Below, piece after piece: positions 59,471 through 64,000 of a stretch of DNA of 64,000 bases; position 1 is the first letter of the stretch; the number at the start of each line of letters is the position of its first letter. A program made the position numbers and the translations under genes. The notes beneath the pieces are model-generated. The model was not told where the DNA came from. It worked only from the letters and a program-made list of their open reading frames with translations, and did not search any database. Origin of the DNA: an uncultured archaeon (GTDB lineage: Archaea > Asgardarchaeota > Lokiarchaeia > Sigyniarchaeales > SOKP01); assembly GCA_964486045.1 (NCBI GenBank), contig CAZALK010000001.1:776242-840241 (forward strand). The letters run 5' to 3'.

Positions 59471-61387
59471 TTATTCTATTCGCTGAATCTTTTGATTAAA
59501 AAACAATTTAAGCCACACATTTAAACAAATTAATTTAAAGATTAAATTTGTATTATTATTGAATTTCGTTTTCTTATTTAGTTTTTTTTGAATTTTTTCA
59601 AGATTAAACAATTTAAATAAATAAGGATGAGGTTTTGAAATTAATTCTTTAACAAATTTATTCTTTTTATGATTAATCCAATATTTATCTGGAGCGGCGA
59701 ATCCTATTTTATCGGTTCGAAATAAGTTCATTTTAGGGACATCACTTATCATTGCATGTCTTAAAGCCCATTTATTAATTCCTCTATTGATTTTTAAATT
59801 GCTTTTTGTTGCAAGAACATAAACCACTAAATTATGATCTAAAAAAGGTGTCCTATTCTCAATAGAGAAAGCCATTGCGTTTCTATCTTCCCATCTTAAC
59901 AAATGTTGTAATTTATTTTTTATGTGTGATAGTAAAGCCTTATTTAAATCCTTATTATCATATAATTTTGATTTATAAAAATCAATACTATTTTCTTTAA
60001 TAATATCATTAAAAAATGAAGAGGATAAATATTTTATATTTTTATATAAAAGTTTTTTTTTTAAAAAACTAGGAATAAATTGATATGAAAGTGTTTTTAT
60101 TGCTTCAAAATTCATTCTCTTTAACTGAATAAATAATTCTATTAAAAATCTTTTTATTTTTTTTCCCCTTATTAATTCTGCTAAATAATATCCAAACATA
60201 TAATCATAACCCGCAAATATCTCATCGGCCCCTTGTCCATCTAATAATACTTTTTGATTGTTAGTTTTCGCCAATTTCATAACTTCAAATTGTGTGTATG
60301 GTGAAAAAGATGGTACTGGTTCTTCTTGATGATATATAAAAGTATTAAAATTTTTTATTACATCACTTATACTTGGAGATTTTTTTATTCCTTTTACATT
60401 TTGAAATGAATTTACTATATTGTCTACATATTTGGTTTCATCTAATTCAAACCATTCTCCATATAGTATAGAATAAGTTCTAAATATGGAATTTGTATTT
60501 ATCAATAATTTACTCGCTATCGATACTATACTTGAAGAGTCTAGCCCTCCACTTAAACAAGATCCTACCTCTACATCACTTCTCAATCTTAATTTGATAG
60601 AATGTTCTATTATATTTTTAATTTGTTTCACATGTTCATTTATAGTTCTCTTCTTGAATTTACTAGAAATTCTGAACTTCTTAATTTCTGAATTACTATT
60701 CCACCATTTTATAAATTTTAAATTATTATCTAAAGGTTTTTTATTATTAATTTTAAGAAAATGACCTGCTGGAAACCGTCTAATTTCTTTAAAAAATGTT
60801 GAATCTGAATGATCAACTCTATCAAGAGAAACATAATCAAAAATAATTGATTTATTAGGAGAATAGTTTTGAATAATCTTAAGAATAGGTTTTATTTCTG
60901 AACAAAAGATTAAATTATTCTTATATTTGGCATAATACAATGGTTTTATACCAAAACGATCTCTAGCAATAAAAATTTCTGATTTTTTTTTATCATAAAT
61001 AATGAAACTAAACATGCCATTAGTTAATTCTAGTATTTTAGATCCATATTTTATATATCCTAATAATAATATCTCAGTATCCGAATTCGATTGAAAAGAC
61101 AAATTGTTAAAATCGTGAAGTAATTTATTTCTAATTTCAATATAGTTATAGATTTCACCATTAAGGATGATTACATAATTACCATCTATAGAACACATAG
61201 GCTGATTACCTGCTTCTGATAAATCAATAATAGATAATCTTTTATGTCCTAACATAATTTTATCTTCTAAGAATAATCCTTGAGCATCTGGACCACGATG
61301 GTTTAATTCATCCAAGATATCTTGGAATTGCTCTTTTTTAATACCATCTTTTCCAGAATTTAAGATATAAGCAAGAATTCCACACAT
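59471..61387 (-). CDS. asnB: asparagine synthase (glutamine-hydrolysing)-type amidotransferase, glycan-cluster type
   Basis: MCGI, HRGPD, RLSIIDLS, NGEIYN, RDRFGIKPLYY, LSGGLDSS, GQGADE, ENRTPFLD. Confidence 0.95.
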   Translation of the reverse strand: MCGILAYILNSGKDGIKKEQFQDILDELNHRGPDAQGLFLEDKIMLGHKRLSIIDLSEAGNQPMCSIDGNYVIILNGEIYNYIEIRNKLLHDFNNLSFQSNSDTEILLLGYIKYGSKILELTNGMFSFIIYDKKKSEIFIARDRFGIKPLYYAKYKNNLIFCSEIKPILKIIQNYSPNKSIIFDYVSLDRVDHSDSTFFKEIRRFPAGHFLKINNKKPLDNNLKFIKWWNSNSEIKKFRISSKFKKRTINEHVKQIKNIIEHSIKLRLRSDVEVGSCLSGGLDSSSIVSIASKLLINTNSIFRTYSILYGEWFELDETKYVDNIVNSFQNVKGIKKSPSISDVIKNFNTFIYHQEEPVPSFSPYTQFEVMKLAKTNNQKVLLDGQGADEIFAGYDYMFGYYLAELIRGKKIKRFLIELFIQLKRMNFEAIKTLSYQFIPSFLKKKLLYKNIKYLSSSFFNDIIKENSIDFYKSKLYDNKDLNKALLSHIKNKLQHLLRWEDRNAMAFSIENRTPFLDHNLVVYVLATKSNLKINRGINKWALRHAMISDVPKMNLFRTDKIGFAAPDKYWINHKKNKFVKELISKPHPYLFKLFNLEKIQKKLNKKTKFNNNTNLIFKLICLNVWLKLFFNQKIQRIE

Positions 61388-61751
61388 TTTTAGAAAAATC
61401 GTCCTAATTTGGTTAAATTATATCTTTATAAAAATTTAATCACACTTTTAATAATTAATTATATTTATAACGAAATAGATAATAAAGCATTGTATAAGAC
61501 TTCTTCCTTGATATCACGTAAATATCATATCATTAATTAAGAGAATTTTTTGCCCTTAAATTAGAAGTCATTTATTTTGTTATAAAAATAATAAAACTAT
61601 CAATCAATAGAATTTTTTGCAAAAAAATAAATCCAATAAACCCAAATACAAAAACAATTTAGAAAACAGGATAATAAACACTTTATATTTAAGCAAAGGC
61701 TGTATAATTCTCGTTAACACCCTTTTTGTGAATAACTCTCAAAAAAAAAAA

Positions 61752-62042
61752 ACATCCCCTTATAGTCTTGCGTTAATCAGTCCCTACAACTAAAAAAGAT
61801 TAGATGTTAAACAAAAGGATTGAGATCCGAAGAAAAGGCAAATAGAGATTTTATCAAAATTTAAATGAGACGATATATTGCTAATTTTAAAACTTAAGTT
61901 ATAAGAACAAAATAATTAGTGATAATTATGCATATTTGCCTTTTTATATCTCAAACTCATCCCAATAAGAACTTATCTTTGAATGTTGGAGGTGTGGAAA
62001 ATCAAATCTTACAACTCTTACCTTCGTATGAAAAAATTAAAG
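61752..62042 (+). repeat. direct repeat copy 2 of 57520-57812
   Basis: Same shared blocks as copy 1; this copy continues into an intact gene. Confidence 0.92.
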
Positions 62043-63082
62043 ATTTACACATCTCTATTATAACACAATATTCTGAATATGAACCTATTTCAAATAAAGT
62101 TAAAATTTATCAAGTTCATAAATTCGAAAGATATATTCTTGATACGATTTATTTCATAATTAAATCATTTTTCCAAATCCTTAAAATACATAAAAAAAAG
62201 CCAATTAATGTATTGAATACTCATCAACTCTCAATTGTTTTAATATCACCAATCTTAGTTCGAATGCTTTTTAAAATTCCAATATTAATGAAATTACCCC
62301 TTGATTTTAAAAGCATTATAAGGGATTCATCCTATGGAACAGTTAAATTAAAGTTGTATAGATATAGTTGGTTTAAATTTCTTAGAAGATTTGTTTTAAA
62401 GAGGATAGATTTCATAAGATCAATAAATGAGCTGATGGTTAAACAATTAAGAGAAAGGAGTTATCAAATTGAGAGAATCCTAAGAATACCTAATGGAATA
62501 AATAGTAAAGACTTTATTGGCATAGAAAAGGATAAACGAGAGGAAGTTCATTTTGGATATGTTGGAAGATTAATGAAATTTAAAAATTTAAGATTTCTAA
62601 TTAAAGTTTTTCAAGAGTATTTGGCAAAATATCCAAATGATAAATTATACATTTATGGAAGAGGTTCTGAGATAAGTTTCATTCAAGATTTTATTTCCAG
62701 GAATAATTTGGAAAAGAATATAATTCTATGTGGATATAAAAAAGAAAAGGAAAAAATATATAAAAATATTGATGTTTTAATAGATCCAGCATTAGCACAA
62801 GGGATCTCTAATGCAAACCTTGAAGCAATGAGTACAGGAACATTTCTCATTGCATCAAATGTTCAAGGAAATATAGATTTAGTAAAACATAGAATAACTG
62901 GATTATTATTTAATGCTTATAATGAAGAAGATTTATTAAAACAATTATATACATTTAAAAACGATAAAAAACTTGTTCAAGAAGTTATTATTAATGCAAA
63001 AAAAGAAGTTATTACTAATTATGACATTGATGTTGTTACAAATAAAATATATAAATTTCTAAAATCAAGATTATATATTTGA
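61928..63082 (+). CDS. GT4 glycosyltransferase
   Basis: GGVE, IPNGI, GRLMKFK, QGISNANLEAMSTG...SNVQG. Confidence 0.92.
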   Translation: MHICLFISQTHPNKNLSLNVGGVENQILQLLPSYEKIKDLHISIITQYSEYEPISNKVKIYQVHKFERYILDTIYFIIKSFFQILKIHKKKPINVLNTHQLSIVLISPILVRMLFKIPILMKLPLDFKSIIRDSSYGTVKLKLYRYSWFKFLRRFVLKRIDFIRSINELMVKQLRERSYQIERILRIPNGINSKDFIGIEKDKREEVHFGYVGRLMKFKNLRFLIKVFQEYLAKYPNDKLYIYGRGSEISFIQDFISRNNLEKNIILCGYKKEKEKIYKNIDVLIDPALAQGISNANLEAMSTGTFLIASNVQGNIDLVKHRITGLLFNAYNEEDLLKQLYTFKNDKKLVQEVIINAKKEVITNYDIDVVTNKIYKFLKSRLYI

Positions 63083-63642
63083 AATTATTTTTAAATTTTA
63101 AAGAGAAGTGACAAATTACATAGTAAGAATTTAAATCGTTGATTATTTGAAGAAATCATATTTAATTGCCTTAATGATGATTATTCAAGGCTTTTAGCAG
63201 TTGCCAAAATTTCAAGACTCAAAAGGAATGGAATAAGATTTAGGTTATATATGAGATAACCTTATGGCTTATAGATACCCTAATCAAATTAATTCCGAAA
63301 AAAGAACTCAATTTAGAAATAATATTGGGAAATTATACATGTAGTAAATATATCGACCAATAAACATGAGAAACTACCGCACCGAGACCTTTGTAATCAA
63401 TGATCAGAAAATTTGCATTAAATATACCATATAGACCTTTTGCAATATAATACTTTTATTCCGAAAAGTACTTGATTGAAATTTTTGATAATTTTTATCA
63501 TTTAATGCTAAACAGGGAGAGAGAGAAAAACTGAGTGAATAAATAGTATGAAATTAATTGCTTATTCTATCTACTTAACTTGAATTTTTTTTTTAGTTTC
63601 AAAAGGGGAGAAAATATTGTAATTACATTAAATTAGACAATA

Positions 63643-63999
63643 CTAAGCTGATTTATACAATTCAACTAGCAAATCCATCCATTTTCTACTAATTTTATTT
63701 ATATTATGTTGTTCTTTAACATATTTGAATGCATTTTCCGAAAATTTATCATATAAATCTTGATTTGTCAGTAAAATTTTAAGATTGTTAACCATTTTTT
63801 TAAAATTATTATCACAGACGAAACCACATTCGTACTTTGTTAAAAATTTTTCCGGATTGACATTTAAACTAAGAATAGGGGTTCTATTTTTTGCAGCTTG
63901 AATGAACGTATTGGGAAAACCTTCATGAATAGAAGTATTTATAAAAACTTTAGCATTTTTAAAGTATTTATTAATTTCTTCAAATAAAACAAAGGGGAT
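63643..63999 (-). CDS. C-terminal part of a GT4 glycosyltransferase running off the window (absent from the ORF track)
   Basis: The minus strand reads IPFVLFEEINKYFKNAKVFINTSIHEGFPNTFIQAAKNRTPILS...LYKSA*. Confidence 0.88.
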   Translation of the reverse strand: MPFVLFEEINKYFKNAKVFINTSIHEGFPNTFIQAAKNRTPILSLNVNPEKFLTKYECGFVCDNNFKKMVNNLKILLTNQDLYDKFSENAFKYVKEQHNINKISRKWMDLLVELYKSA

Positions 64000-64000
64000 A

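Noticed and set aside
193-60764. Short ORFs antisense to or nested in real genes (e.g. 1195-1383, 5023-5355, 20162-20443, 23666-23929, 27090-27428, 29819-30289, 56141-56500, 57817-58119, 60486-60764)
   Set aside because: These are shadow frames of well-supported genes, with biased composition and no motifs.
1-64000. CRISPR array, rRNA or integrated virus at the tRNA
   Set aside because: No regularly spaced short repeats, no long GC-rich structural RNA, no integrase, and no duplicated tRNA 3' end were seen.

Overview
A very AT-rich archaeal window whose gene content points to an Asgard archaeon, most likely Lokiarchaeia (inferred from content only). The left part (1-29 kb) mixes housekeeping genes with many eukaryotic-signature proteins. 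The housekeeping genes are a LeuA/homocitrate-synthase-family gene broken by one in-frame TAA, Lrp, TrmB, an AcuC/HDAC, aspartokinase, a RACo-type corrinoid activator and a QueG/reductive-dehalogenase-like Fe-S protein. The eukaryotic-signature set is a partial IFT52/GIFT-like protein, a ubiquitin-conjugating E2, an Uba3-like E1 with a catalytic-Cys domain and C-terminal ubiquitin-fold domain, a 2121-aa protein of 18 MIT/TPR-like plus coiled-coil repeats, a Rab-like GTPase, and a Roadblock gene followed by a longin-Arf-like GTPase fusion that appears to start at ATA. A tRNA-Tyr(GUA) with two introns (anticodon loop and T-loop) lies at 9945-10099. The right part (29-64 kb) is a surface-glycan locus with nucleotide-sugar enzymes, GT2/GT4 transferases, methyltransferases, a flippase, AsnB, two possible GT-C membrane proteins and a beta-helix surface protein. 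It carries traces of duplication and a truncated transposase. The best candidate for an undescribed system is the E2/E1/giant MIT-repeat protein neighbourhood together with the nearby GTPase modules. All family calls come from motif recognition by eye; no searches were run.
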